Source: Candidatus Poribacteria bacterium (GTDB lineage Bacteria; Poribacteria; WGA-4E; WGA-3G). From it: a DNA stretch of 64,000 bases. The notes beneath the pieces are model-generated. The model was given only the letters and a program-made list of their open reading frames with translations, did not search any database and was not told the DNA's origin. Below, in pieces: positions 41,503 through 51,401 of this stretch (within the stretch, counting starts at the first letter, position 1; every line of letters begins with the position of its first letter). The stretch lies in the NCBI GenBank assembly GCA_964291315.2, contig OZ219753.1, positions 128,001 to 192,000 of the forward strand. Direction: 5' to 3'. Made by a program: the position numbers and the translations under genes.

Positions 41503-42777
41503 CTAAGTAACATATCTGGGGAATCCGAATCCATCGTTTGCGACGTGGCTTCGCGCGGGAATCTGCGATCGGTTTGGTATAATCAAGTCCATTTCTGACG
41601 TATTTTCAATAACGGTGCCGTCTCCGATGCGTACCTGGTCGCCGATGTAGATTTTACCGGGATGTTTCGCCGCCCCGCGAATCGTTCCGATAACGACGGA
41701 CGAACCGATGCTGCACCGTTGGGCGATTTCAACAAATCCATAAATTTCTGTATTCGTGCCAACAGTGGAATAGTCAGCGATCTGCACCGGACCGAGCAGG
41801 CTTGTGTCGGTGCCAATTTCGACAAAATCGCCGATGACAGGGTGGCGTTGTTTGACTTTAACGCTCAAACCGCCCAGGGTACAAGGATAGATAACACATC
41901 CGGAGCCTATAATTCCTGTTTGACCGGTGGTTACGCCGCGGTGCGGGTGTTCTAAGAGGTTAGCGTCTCCTATCTGTGTTTCTGGATGCAAATCGGCTTG
42001 GTAGTAGCGTCCTGCAAGTTCTGAAATCGCGCGCGGTAACAGGGGGACAGGAACTCTCTGAATTTTTGGACTCTCTTCAAGGGGTGTGCTCTGCGTCAAC
42101 GCGTGCGCGACATCGTGGTAGAAAAGTATTCGCCACCCCGGATAAGTGCTACCGACCAACTGGAGTTGATAATCTAAAACGGAAGCGAGGTTCAAAGTGT
42201 CTAGAAAATCTTGATACGGTTTAAAAGTGCGCTCCTGAATTGCCTCGTCAATTTGGGAACGAAAATCTATGGAGGCTGTTTTTTCGAGAGAGATGCCGGT
42301 GTGAAGAAGATACGCATCCCAGACTGCGGGGTCTTTGAGAGAGGCAAAGCGATTCCAGAGGGCTCTGCTTTTAAAGCGTGGCAATTCCCAGAGAAGTGAG
42401 AAGGCAGTTTCCAGGGCAGCTCCGAGGTGTGTTTCATCTGTAACGGCTAAAAAGGACTGTGCGACCATGGCATACAACTGGTCGGCTACCTCTTCAATTG
42501 CGTCTGAAAGGTTTTGGTTCTGATGGTGAAGATGTGGTGCGTTGTGTGACCCCGGGGCAACACATTCTAAGAGGTTGCCGAGCACAGTTTCGAGAGTGTC
42601 CCGATTGACGAACCCGCGTCCTGAACGTTGTGCCAAGCCTTCATGGCTTGTGCGATCGATACGAAGAACACTCAACTCCGCTTTGCTATAAATAGGGCGA
42701 AGCCGTTCCAAAGTCTGGATCAATAGCGGCTTTTTTCGGTGTTCGTACGATTCATCAAAAAGCGTGGTTTCAGTCAT
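41503..42777 (-). CDS. Divergent serine O-acetyltransferase-like left-handed beta-helix protein with a large unknown N-terminal domain
   Basis: ADLHPETQIG..EHPH..TLGG..RHPVIGD followed by hexapeptide repeats. Confidence 0.7.
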   Translation of the reverse strand: MTETTLFDESYEHRKKPLLIQTLERLRPIYSKAELSVLRIDRTSHEGLAQRSGRGFVNRDTLETVLGNLLECVAPGSHNAPHLHHQNQNLSDAIEEVADQLYAMVAQSFLAVTDETHLGAALETAFSLLWELPRFKSRALWNRFASLKDPAVWDAYLLHTGISLEKTASIDFRSQIDEAIQERTFKPYQDFLDTLNLASVLDYQLQLVGSTYPGWRILFYHDVAHALTQSTPLEESPKIQRVPVPLLPRAISELAGRYYQADLHPETQIGDANLLEHPHRGVTTGQTGIIGSGCVIYPCTLGGLSVKVKQRHPVIGDFVEIGTDTSLLGPVQIADYSTVGTNTEIYGFVEIAQRCSIGSSVVIGTIRGAAKHPGKIYIGDQVRIGDGTVIENTSEMDLIIPNRSQIPARSHVANDGFGFPRYVT

Positions 42778-42990
42778 CTTTTCAGTTGCTTGCTATTAAA
42801 TATGAGCTACTGCGCGTCTACTGTACTAATAACCATCAGCGGTCAGTATTTCGATTGTCACAACCTAGCTTCTTACAGTTTTAAGGCTTGCCGTGATTAC
42901 AAGTCTCTCGTTATACAGTATCTGATAATGTCACAGATCCCAGTTCAGATAATTTTAAATTTGTGTTGATCACGGAAAAGGTACTCAGAC

Positions 42991-44124
42991 TTAACGGTTA
43001 AAAACTTCTTGAGCTGCACTGATACCTGCGCCGAGAGGGACATCGTAGCCGATTTGCACTAAACCTCGCTCCAATGCAGAGATAGCGACAATAACATCGT
43101 TTTCGTTCATCCAACCGAGGTGTGCGATCCGGATGATTTTTCCACTTAACTGACTCTGACCTCCGGCGTAAGTTATACCGTATTTGTCTCGCATCAGGTT
43201 GATGAATGCCTTTCCATTTATTTTTTGCGGTAATCGGATTGAGGTTAAGGTGTTTGCTGGAGATACTGCAAATAAGGGTAAGCCTAATGCCTTAACAGCG
43301 CTCCGCGTTGCAAGTGCTAAGCGGCTGTGTCGGGCAATAGTTGTTCGGATTCCTTCAGTGCAGATGCGTTTCAAAGCGCATTGAAGAGCGGTAAGGAGTG
43401 TCACTGCTGGGGTATAGGGGGCAGAGCCTTTCGATCCACTCTTTTGTGCCTTGCGGTAGTCTAAGTAATACTTTGGGAGATCAGCGTGCTCGACTGCGTT
43501 CCACGCGCGGTGATTCAGAGCAGCGAACGCCAAACCGGGCGGTGTCATCAAACCTTTCTGGGAACAGGAGACGACGACATCCACGCCCCAGTTGTCCATC
43601 TGTAGATCATCTGCCCCGAGCGCGCTGACCGCATCAACAACCAAGAGTGTGGGACGAATCCGCGTTAGACGTGCTAACGCTTCAATGTCGTGCAAAGCCC
43701 CGGTTGAAGTCTCACAGAGCGTTGCGAAAACGGCTTTGACATCTGGAGATGCACTTAAGAGGGATTCTACTGTCTGTGGTTCGACGGAATTTCCCCAGGT
43801 TACGTCGATCGGGATAACTTCAACACCGTAAGCGGTGCAGATTTCACCCCATCGTTCCCCGAATTTACCGCTCCGAATTACAACTGCCTTGTCTCCGCAA
43901 GACAAAAGATTGGCGACTGCGCCTTCCATCGCCCCAGTGCCGGATGATGTCAAAAAAAGAACATCGTTTTCGGTTTGGAAGACGTGTTTGAGTTTTTCGA
44001 GTACGTCTTTGATTAAGGCGGCGGCGGCATTGCTGCGGTGGTAATCGATCGGTTGTGCCATCGCTAGCAAGGCTTCAGGCGGGATTAACGTGGGACCTGG
44101 GGTAAAAAGTATATCTTTTTTCAT
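42991..44124 (-). CDS. Class V PLP aminotransferase (alanine-glyoxylate / serine-pyruvate family)
   Basis: TPGPT, SSGTGAME, ETSTG, VDAVS, SQKGLMTPPG, RIAHLG. Confidence 0.92.
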   Translation of the reverse strand: MKKDILFTPGPTLIPPEALLAMAQPIDYHRSNAAAALIKDVLEKLKHVFQTENDVLFLTSSGTGAMEGAVANLLSCGDKAVVIRSGKFGERWGEICTAYGVEVIPIDVTWGNSVEPQTVESLLSASPDVKAVFATLCETSTGALHDIEALARLTRIRPTLLVVDAVSALGADDLQMDNWGVDVVVSCSQKGLMTPPGLAFAALNHRAWNAVEHADLPKYYLDYRKAQKSGSKGSAPYTPAVTLLTALQCALKRICTEGIRTTIARHSRLALATRSAVKALGLPLFAVSPANTLTSIRLPQKINGKAFINLMRDKYGITYAGGQSQLSGKIIRIAHLGWMNENDVIVAISALERGLVQIGYDVPLGAGISAAQEVFNR

Positions 44125-44162
44125 GTTTCTTAATAGTTATTGGTTCTCGGTCAGCTGTTAAA

Positions 44163-44378
44163 TTAGGCCGTACTCACAGCCACAACAGTTTTACCCTCCA
44201 CGTTAACCACAATCCATTCTTGGTCTAGAAGTTCACAAAGGTTTATGACGGCAGCCCGTTGCGATGTGCTGTCCATCGGTATTTCGATGGTGAGTGTGGC
44301 GAATTCCTCTTTTTGTATTTCGCCTTCTTTGTCGAATTTCATAGGTGTAATCTGAATTTTTTTCAATTTTGCATCCAT
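44163..44378 (-). CDS. Small hypothetical protein (71 aa)
   Basis: AAGGA SD, protein-like beta/alpha pattern, co-oriented with neighbours, fills an intergenic gap. Confidence 0.7.
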   Translation of the reverse strand: MDAKLKKIQITPMKFDKEGEIQKEEFATLTIEIPMDSTSQRAAVINLCELLDQEWIVVNVEGKTVVAVSTA

Positions 44379-44591
44379 ATTTTTCCTTACTAATGTGAGT
44401 TCAATTTAAAGGTTGAAGTTGATCGTATAATACGAGCTAGTGAGGATCAAAACCAAATTTAGTATGAGGATGGGCTCAAAATCCGCTCCCTCTAGGACAT
44501 CCACGCGTACACTACAAAGATGTACGGTTTTGTGTAAGGGGTCTCTTACATTTGCCTTAGTCCTTAGAAGGAATTCGGATAAATTATAAAA

Positions 44592-45602
44592 TTATGTTTT
44601 ATCCATGAACGAGGCAATGTCAATACATTCTCCATTGCGGCGGGAGGACTCCCATCCTGCTAAAACTGGGGCTAAGGAGAAGAGTCCATCGTGATAATCA
44701 CTGAGCAACATACTGGAGTCTCCAGATTGAACGGCGTGGATAAAGGTTTTATCCTGTTCCAACCACGGATCAAATTCATCTGCTTGATAGAGAAGTTCAC
44801 CATTTACCACAATCTTTTCGTATCCGTGAATTTCAAGACATCCGCCTTGGTACAATATAGTGAAACGAGGTTCGTTTTTCGGCCCCGGACCCACGGAGAC
44901 GAAGTTAAGTGTCATCGTTGCACCGTTCTCGAAACAGTAGTTGAAGCTGCTGGACAAGGCGTTGGCATAAGCGGGATGGTCATAATAGAATGCTTGAGAT
45001 TTGACGACGTTTAATCTAGTCATGAAGCGGGCGTAGTCGGTTGCATGAACCCCCCAATCCAAGGCGCGTCCGCCAGATTTGTCCATTTCTTCCCACCAAG
45101 TTTTGGGACCACCTGCCTTTAGGGGCGGTAGACTGCCGAAGCTCTGAAATCGGACATGTACAATCAGCTTGTCCTTCAAATATCGGCGGGCTTCTTGAAA
45201 GATCGGACGATATCGTTCTCGGAATCCGACGGTGCTGATGACTCCTGTTTGCTGAATTGCATCGTTAATTCGGTGGGCAGCTTTCATTGTAATTGCTTGC
45301 GGTTTTTCACTGAAGATATGGATGCCTTTTTGTGCAGCAGTCACTTCGATGTCAGTTCGCACGTACGCCGGTACGATAGAGTATAGCACATCAATTGCTT
45401 CAGTGTCAAGCATTTCGTGTGCGTCTTGGTAGATCCTGGAAATTTCGAAGCGTGTCGCTGTTTCTTGGGCCGTTTCGAGATTGCTATCACATGCAGCGAC
45501 AATATCCACAGCCCCTATTTGCAGTAGGTTCGGGATTCGAGTTCTGTTAGGGAAGTTTCCACATCCGTAGAAAGCGACCCGGACGCGTGATGCTGTTGAC
45601 AC
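44592..45602 (-). CDS. Gfo/Idh/MocA family oxidoreductase
   Basis: VAFYGCG, HIFSEKP, VGFRERY, DWGVHATD. Confidence 0.88.
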   Translation of the reverse strand: MSTASRVRVAFYGCGNFPNRTRIPNLLQIGAVDIVAACDSNLETAQETATRFEISRIYQDAHEMLDTEAIDVLYSIVPAYVRTDIEVTAAQKGIHIFSEKPQAITMKAAHRINDAIQQTGVISTVGFRERYRPIFQEARRYLKDKLIVHVRFQSFGSLPPLKAGGPKTWWEEMDKSGGRALDWGVHATDYARFMTRLNVVKSQAFYYDHPAYANALSSSFNYCFENGATMTLNFVSVGPGPKNEPRFTILYQGGCLEIHGYEKIVVNGELLYQADEFDPWLEQDKTFIHAVQSGDSSMLLSDYHDGLFSLAPVLAGWESSRRNGECIDIASFMDKT

Positions 45603-45636
45603 AATAAATATTCTCCAAGTGCTTCTTCATGATTTT

Positions 45637-46140
45637 TCAAGTTTCTCTCCACGTCGGAACAGTCCACGTATTGAACCACTTGCCTTTCCGGATGAGCTGT
45701 TTCTCTAGCATCTCTATTTCACATTCTATTTCTGCAGTGAACGGGAGAATGTTCGTTCTGTCTCCGACGATTTCGCGCATTGCTTCAATAAACGCCGTTT
45801 TATGGGTGACATTTAGGGGCCAATGTCGTATCGGAATCAGATCAGATTTCCAATAGCCGAGGTGCAAGCCCCTCGTCAAGCCAGAGTTTCGGGTGAATTA
45901 AGACATCTATCTTGCCTCGAAAATTCACCAATACTAGGTAGCGTTCATGAAAATCACCTGTGTGTGGAATAGATACCTCATTTGCGGCATCGGTACCGGG
46001 GCTCAGCCAAGCCCCGGATTCCATATCAATAGGAACTTCAGGTTGATGGACGTTTGCAGTGAGGTCGACATCTGTAAACGGAGACGCTGCTAGAGCAGTG
46101 ACCCAGCAGAACATGAAAAAATAATCAGGCAGCCTGCATA
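45637..46140 (-). pseudogene. Frameshifted gene for a small secreted protein
   Basis: Two overlapping same-strand ORFs (45842..46114 and 45637..45879). The signal-peptide-like stretch YAGCLIIF / FMFCWVTALA is itself split across frames. Confidence 0.5.
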
Positions 46141-46154
46141 AACAGTGTCTATCC

Positions 46155-46925
46155 CTAATATTGAGTTTTCACTGCTGCCCAAGCGGTTGTGGCTTTCCCG
46201 GTTGGTTCAACAGGGAAAGGGTTAAGGTTGTCGTTAAAATATTCATACTCGACCTCTAAATTCCCGGTGCCTGCCGCAACGCCGGCGTAAACACCGAGCC
46301 ATAAAGGTGGTGTGAGTTTGAATTCGGTTACACCAATCTCGATCCAATCCTCTTTTCCCTCAGTTTTATACCAAGCGCTGTATTCATCTCCGTCTTTAGC
46401 AAGTCGGAGAAAGAGTTCAGTTTCTCCGAATTCAGGGGTGAACCCAGCATTTCCTGTTAAACCGTTACCGCCTTCATTCTGTTTTGTCTGATACTGGATT
46501 TGTCCTTTTGCAGCTGCATCTCGGGACCAGAATTTGATGGTAACCCAATTGTCGTCCTTCGGGCTTTTCACAACGAGGCCATTGACACCTGAACTAGTGT
46601 CCCATCTGGCGAAGAAGTGGGTTTCGACATCGAAAATATCTGTGTCGGTTTCCTGATACAGCAGATGAGACATATCGTTTGCCCAGAGATTTCGGTTTTG
46701 TTCGCTGTCAATAAACAGATAATTCTCACGGGTGTGGCCGAGATCCCATTTGGGTGGTTCGTTTTGCCATTTCCAGTTGGGATTTTGCAAAGTCCCTTTC
46801 TCAAACGGGTCACCAAATGAGTTTTGTGCGGCTGCAACCCCTGCGAAAAGGAGTGTAAGCAGGCACACACTAGCGCTACACAGGACAATTTCTTTAAAAC
46901 CTATTGTTGGTAATAGAGTTTTCAT
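46155..46925 (-). CDS. Secreted concanavalin/DUF1349-like beta-sandwich protein with the short C-terminal motif
   Basis: Signal peptide; LQNPNWKWQNEP, LFLRLAKDGDEYSAWY, EYEYF; ends PVEPTGKATTAWAAVKTQY. Promoter TTGACA-N17-TAAAAT at 46953-46981. Confidence 0.75.
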   Translation of the reverse strand: MKTLLPTIGFKEIVLCSASVCLLTLLFAGVAAAQNSFGDPFEKGTLQNPNWKWQNEPPKWDLGHTRENYLFIDSEQNRNLWANDMSHLLYQETDTDIFDVETHFFARWDTSSGVNGLVVKSPKDDNWVTIKFWSRDAAAKGQIQYQTKQNEGGNGLTGNAGFTPEFGETELFLRLAKDGDEYSAWYKTEGKEDWIEIGVTEFKLTPPLWLGVYAGVAAGTGNLEVEYEYFNDNLNPFPVEPTGKATTAWAAVKTQY

Positions 46926-47330
46926 ACGTCTATTTTATACCTCCTATCTTCAATTTTAAAACAAATTATCCGAATTGTCAAGATGAATCAAATTCTACGC
47001 GATACTCAGTCCCGCTTTACGCCAACAACTATGTGTTCGGACGACATATCTTCGGGAATAGCAACAAAAATGTTCTACTCTATTTTACAAAGTACAAAAC
47101 TTGCTAACATGAACTGTGGATTTGTGTTTGGCGTTTTTAAAAGAGTTCTGTAAATTTTCCGTTGTTATTTTTTATGAGATTGTATATTATATCTCTTATG
47201 TGAAGTTCGTATATTCATCTTGGAAGCGAGGAGCAGAATTTTAAAAGACAGCTTGTCAGGCTCGATCAGGACTAGGGTAAGAAGCATACTGTGCTTGTAA
47301 CGCGCCTAGCGCGCAGAGGAGTAGACGATT

Positions 47331-48353
47331 ATGGTAGGGAAACTGAAAGTTGCAGCGGTTGGATGTGGCGGTATCGGGTATAGACATCAGCTTGGTTATC
47401 TTCAGCATCCCGGGGTGAACTTAGTGGCAGTGTGTGACATAGATGTTGCGAAGGCGAAAGCACGTGCCGAAGAACTTGGTATCCGCAAGTGGTATCCTTC
47501 TGTCAAAGAGATGCTAGAGCACGAGGAGTGCGATTTAGTGGATATTGTAACAGCTGACTATTTGCACTTTGAGCCGGTGATGGAATGCATTGAAGCGGGC
47601 AAACATGTTATTTCTGAGAAACCGCTGTCGCTGTATATCAACGAGGCGGAGCAGATGGTAGCGAAGGCAGAAGAGAAGGGGGTTTATCTCGCGATTGATT
47701 ACAATCGGCGTTTTGCTCCTGGTTATGTCCAAGCGCGGAAATGGTTTGATGCTGGTGAGATCGGGCAGACTTACTACTTAGACATGAAATTATCCCAGGG
47801 AGGCCCCGCTTCAACGTGGAAGGGCGAGTATTACCTTCTGTATGAGCTACAAACGCATGCAATTGATCTGTTGCGGTGGTTTGGCGGTGAAATCGTAGCT
47901 GTTTGTGCACAAATGGCAAAACCGCGCCAGCATGAAGCCCGCGAGGGTGAGAATGCCTGCTATACAAGTATGGCTATTTCGTTCCGTTATGAGACAGAGG
48001 TCGTTGCCACATTAATGGCGAGTTGGGATAGCGATTTTATTCATCCTATTGAGCATCTCGAAATCTGTGGTTCCGATGGCGAAATCGTTGTTGATAATGT
48101 TTTAACTCGCGCAACATTGATGAAACGCGGTAATCAGATCGTTGAAGAATATCGGCCGTCCATTTTTAAAGACGAGCAACTCGCCTTTAATGGAACGTTT
48201 GCCTTGCGGATTGCAGCACTCGTTGACGATTTGCTGGCCGACCGGTCGCCTGCACCTACCGGAAGGGACGGTTTACAAGCCCTCCGAGTAACCGAAGCAA
48301 TTGTGGAATCGTGGAAGAGGAAATGTGAGGTGGTGGTTAAGATTGATCCGTAA
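47331..48353 (+). CDS. Gfo/Idh/MocA family oxidoreductase
   Basis: VGCGGIG, GKHVISEKP, YNRRF, THAIDLLRWF. Confidence 0.9.
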   Translation: MVGKLKVAAVGCGGIGYRHQLGYLQHPGVNLVAVCDIDVAKAKARAEELGIRKWYPSVKEMLEHEECDLVDIVTADYLHFEPVMECIEAGKHVISEKPLSLYINEAEQMVAKAEEKGVYLAIDYNRRFAPGYVQARKWFDAGEIGQTYYLDMKLSQGGPASTWKGEYYLLYELQTHAIDLLRWFGGEIVAVCAQMAKPRQHEAREGENACYTSMAISFRYETEVVATLMASWDSDFIHPIEHLEICGSDGEIVVDNVLTRATLMKRGNQIVEEYRPSIFKDEQLAFNGTFALRIAALVDDLLADRSPAPTGRDGLQALRVTEAIVESWKRKCEVVVKIDP

Positions 48354-48411
48354 GGATGGTAAACTGTTTGGCCCGCAACCCGTTTCTATAATATCCAAGG
48401 AGGATAAAATT

Positions 48412-49101
48412 ATGAGGTGCCATTTGTCTATTTTGGGCGAAGTGTGTCTATCATTGATTACGGATTTTTCATATTCAGCTGGGTGCACTTGTGTTGGGTC
48501 ATTTATTTTTGCCTTTTTGGCAATAAGTTGCGGACCACCCCCTCAGGGGCAATACCATGTTCCGGAATCGGCGATCCAAGCCGCCGAGAGAAACGAACCG
48601 GAACGAACCAAGCAGAATCAACAGATTCGGTTACCTGAGAGTGCTATGGTCCGGTTGGAAGAGAAACCTTATCTAAGAAATGCGTTCAAAGAAACGCCGC
48701 GCGTTGGCAGCAGAGGTGGGCTCGATGATTTTTATGCAACCACCCGCGGTAGAGTCCAGAATCTTGCGGTTGTTTCCGACTGTTCGCTCGATGTACTAAA
48801 AGCCTTTATTGCGAAGGGATGGCCCCCTATCGTGATGATTCAATTCCAAGGACGAAGTCCTGAGATATTAATGTTGTCCGGTTATAATGATCAATTGAGC
48901 GAAGTATCGCTTCAAAATCCGACTAATTTTAGCAAGCGCCGGTTGAGTTACACCGATTTTGAGGCATCTTGGAGCAAGCGTTCAAGGAACAAGTGTATTT
49001 TAATCACAGCACAACAACTTTCGAAAATAGACGTTCATAACGTGTTACGGAGATACTTACCCACAGAAGCGTTCCAAGGGACTAACGTCAGGAGTCGTTA
49101 G
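48412..49101 (+). CDS. Putative lipoprotein with a degenerate C39 peptidase-like domain
   Basis: AAGGAGG SD, FLAISC lipobox-like, LKAFIAKGWPPIV..LSGYND..QNP..DFEASWS. Confidence 0.55.
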   Translation: MRCHLSILGEVCLSLITDFSYSAGCTCVGSFIFAFLAISCGPPPQGQYHVPESAIQAAERNEPERTKQNQQIRLPESAMVRLEEKPYLRNAFKETPRVGSRGGLDDFYATTRGRVQNLAVVSDCSLDVLKAFIAKGWPPIVMIQFQGRSPEILMLSGYNDQLSEVSLQNPTNFSKRRLSYTDFEASWSKRSRNKCILITAQQLSKIDVHNVLRRYLPTEAFQGTNVRSR

Positions 49102-49142
49102 TTCAATCTTGCCGATTTCGGTTAGATATTGTTAAGTGTTAG

Positions 49143-51029
49143 TTAGCGATGAAATCGGCGTTCCAATTCATCTCGCCCCATCTCAACGATGATAGGACGT
49201 GAGTGTGGACAATTGAAGGGTAGTTTTGCCTCGGATAACTCTTTGAGGAGGTTTATCATCTCTTTCGTATCCAATGTATCTCCTGCTTTAACGGCTGATT
49301 TGCATGCGACGGTTATCAAGGCGTTATCAATCGCTTCCGGGATTTGTACTTCGGTGTATGGTTGTGTCTGAAGTTTGTCGAGTAAATCTGTTACGGTTTG
49401 TGCTGCAACGCGTGTTGGTAATGGTGCCGGAATTGCGCGGATTAAAATAGTATTTCCCCCGAATTCGTCTAAGTCAAAACCGAGTGTTGTAAAAATATCT
49501 CTGTGAATTTTGAGGTTGCTGAGCTGCTCTGGTGTGCTTTCCAAAGTGACAGGTAATAGCAGTCCTTGCATAGGAATACCGCCGGTTTCCATCTGGTTAA
49601 CGAAACGTTCATAAAGCACACGTTCTGCGGCGACGTGCTGGTCGATAAAGAAAATTTTATCGTTCGACTCAACAACAATATAGGTTTGAAAAAGGTTTGT
49701 CTTCAGTTGGACGTTCTCGAAATCAAGTAGGCTGAGGTCTGCGTTTTCAGGGACCTGCTGTGGTGGTTGCACAACAATTTCAGCAGATGCAATTGGGGGT
49801 CGAGCCTCGTCGGTTTTCGGTAATGCCTGACCGGTTTTTGATTCCGAATTCCCACTTTCGGTTTCTATAGGGTTTTCTGGCTGCCCCGTAAATTGTGTCC
49901 GTTGCGTTTCGCTAGTGCCTGGGTGGGTGTTTGATGTACCGCGTGATCTGGAAATCCGTTGTGGTAAATTCATATTGCGGTTTTCAGTCTCTTCTGCAGA
50001 TTGCCTTGGTTCAACGGGGGTTTCGATTTTAGGAATGTACTTCGCTTTGTGGATAGCGTTGCGGAGCATTCGAACGATACCGCTATAAATGGTACGTTCG
50101 TTCCGAAAGCGCACTTCTATTTTGGCCGGGTGTGCGTTGACATCCACCGCTTCTGGTTCTAAGGTTAGAAATAGCAGCGCGACGGGCTGCCGGTCCTTGG
50201 CGATCATCGAATTAAGTGATTCTGTGAGGGCGGCGGCTATGATATGGCTGCGAATTGGGCGCTGATTGAGAAAAAAGAGTTGGTATTCACGGTTCGGCTT
50301 TGTGAATTCCGGTTTTCCGAGTAAGCCGTACATTTTCAAGTCGGGCAATTCTTCTGTGAATTCTATGAGGTTGTTAGCGAATTCTTTGCCGTATATGAGG
50401 CGGATCCGTTCCAAGTGTGAATCGCAGGCGCGGACATCGAGAATGGACCTCTTGTTGTGTTTCAGCGAAAAATGGAGACTCGGGTGGGCAAGAGCTGTCC
50501 ATGTTACCTGTTTGGTAATGTGATTTATTTCTGTAGTGTCGGTTTTCAGGAACTTCAGACGTGCTGGAACGTTGTAAAAGAGATTGTTAACTGACATGTG
50601 GGTGCCGGGAGAGCATCCGCTTTCCTGAACGGATCGAAAAACGCCGCCTTCAACGTTCACCTTTGTTCCGATGAGTGCGCTGGGCGTACGGGTGAGGAGT
50701 TCGAATTGTGAAACTGAGGCGATACTGGCTAAAGCTTCGCCACGGAAACCAAAGGTCTGAATCTGATCAAGATCTTCGATACGGTTGACTTTGCTCGTTG
50801 CGTGGCGTTCTAAGGCGAGGAGTGCGTCCTCGCGTTCCATCCCGAGCCCGTTGTCAGAAACGCGGATGAGGCGTTTCCCGCCGGCGCGAACTTCTACACG
50901 AATCGAGGTGCTTTCGGCATCTACCGCGTTTTCGACGAGTTCCTTGACGACTGAGGCAGGACGCTCAACGACTTCGCCTGCGGCGATCTTATTAGCGACA
51001 TCTGCAGAGAGTATTTTAATTTTGGGCAT
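49143..51029 (-). CDS. mutL: DNA mismatch repair endonuclease MutL
   Basis: IAAGEVVERP, GFRGEAL; endonuclease motifs DQHVAAERVLYE, ACK, CPHSRP. Confidence 0.97.
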   Translation of the reverse strand: MPKIKILSADVANKIAAGEVVERPASVVKELVENAVDAESTSIRVEVRAGGKRLIRVSDNGLGMEREDALLALERHATSKVNRIEDLDQIQTFGFRGEALASIASVSQFELLTRTPSALIGTKVNVEGGVFRSVQESGCSPGTHMSVNNLFYNVPARLKFLKTDTTEINHITKQVTWTALAHPSLHFSLKHNKRSILDVRACDSHLERIRLIYGKEFANNLIEFTEELPDLKMYGLLGKPEFTKPNREYQLFFLNQRPIRSHIIAAALTESLNSMIAKDRQPVALLFLTLEPEAVDVNAHPAKIEVRFRNERTIYSGIVRMLRNAIHKAKYIPKIETPVEPRQSAEETENRNMNLPQRISRSRGTSNTHPGTSETQRTQFTGQPENPIETESGNSESKTGQALPKTDEARPPIASAEIVVQPPQQVPENADLSLLDFENVQLKTNLFQTYIVVESNDKIFFIDQHVAAERVLYERFVNQMETGGIPMQGLLLPVTLESTPEQLSNLKIHRDIFTTLGFDLDEFGGNTILIRAIPAPLPTRVAAQTVTDLLDKLQTQPYTEVQIPEAIDNALITVACKSAVKAGDTLDTKEMINLLKELSEAKLPFNCPHSRPIIVEMGRDELERRFHR

Positions 51030-51171
51030 ATTATTTTAACGATTACTCCTAGGCTACCGTGTCCTTTGTCCTTGAAAGTTTCTAGTTAATGTAATGTGCT
51101 CTTGATAATTATTTGGTTCATCTTTGGATAAAGAGAAGTCTTGCACAGCCTAGCAGGAAATTGTGCCATAG

Positions 51172-51230
51172 ATGCACAGACCGCTAGTTTATGCTACAAG
51201 CCCTACGCCAACCCTAACAGGCTATGCTAC
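51172..51230 (-). repeat. Tandem REP-like GTAG elements
   Basis: Minus strand: GTAGCATAGCCTGTTAGGGTTGGC-GTAGGGCTT-GTAGCATAAAC-TAGCG-GTCTGTGCAT. Confidence 0.5.
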
Positions 51231-51300
51231 GGAAGAACCTACCCAACTTTTTTCAAACTCACGTTATTATAACAACACACTGCTTGCGAACTATTCCCAA

Positions 51301-51329
51301 ATTATAGCACCGTACTCTGCCCCTGTCAA
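51301..51329 (-). promoter_or_regulatory. Consensus sigma70 promoter with extended -10, pointing toward mutL
   Basis: TTGACA-N17-TATAAT with TG at -15/-14. Confidence 0.7.
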
Positions 51330-51401
51330 CAGTATTATTTTAATGCATCGCGTTGTTAGTTAAACAAAGTAGATAGAATGGAAAGCGTTAGAGCGGCCAC
51401 G

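Noticed and set aside
44470-44560. Two hairpins preceded by GGCAAA on the minus strand, reminiscent of a c-di-GMP-I riboswitch
   Set aside because: No GNRA tetraloop/receptor pair and no convincing P1 stem; the resemblance is superficial.
45842-45844. In-frame TGA as possible selenocysteine or readthrough
   Set aside because: The continuation is in a different frame, and there is no SECIS-like hairpin or redox motif.
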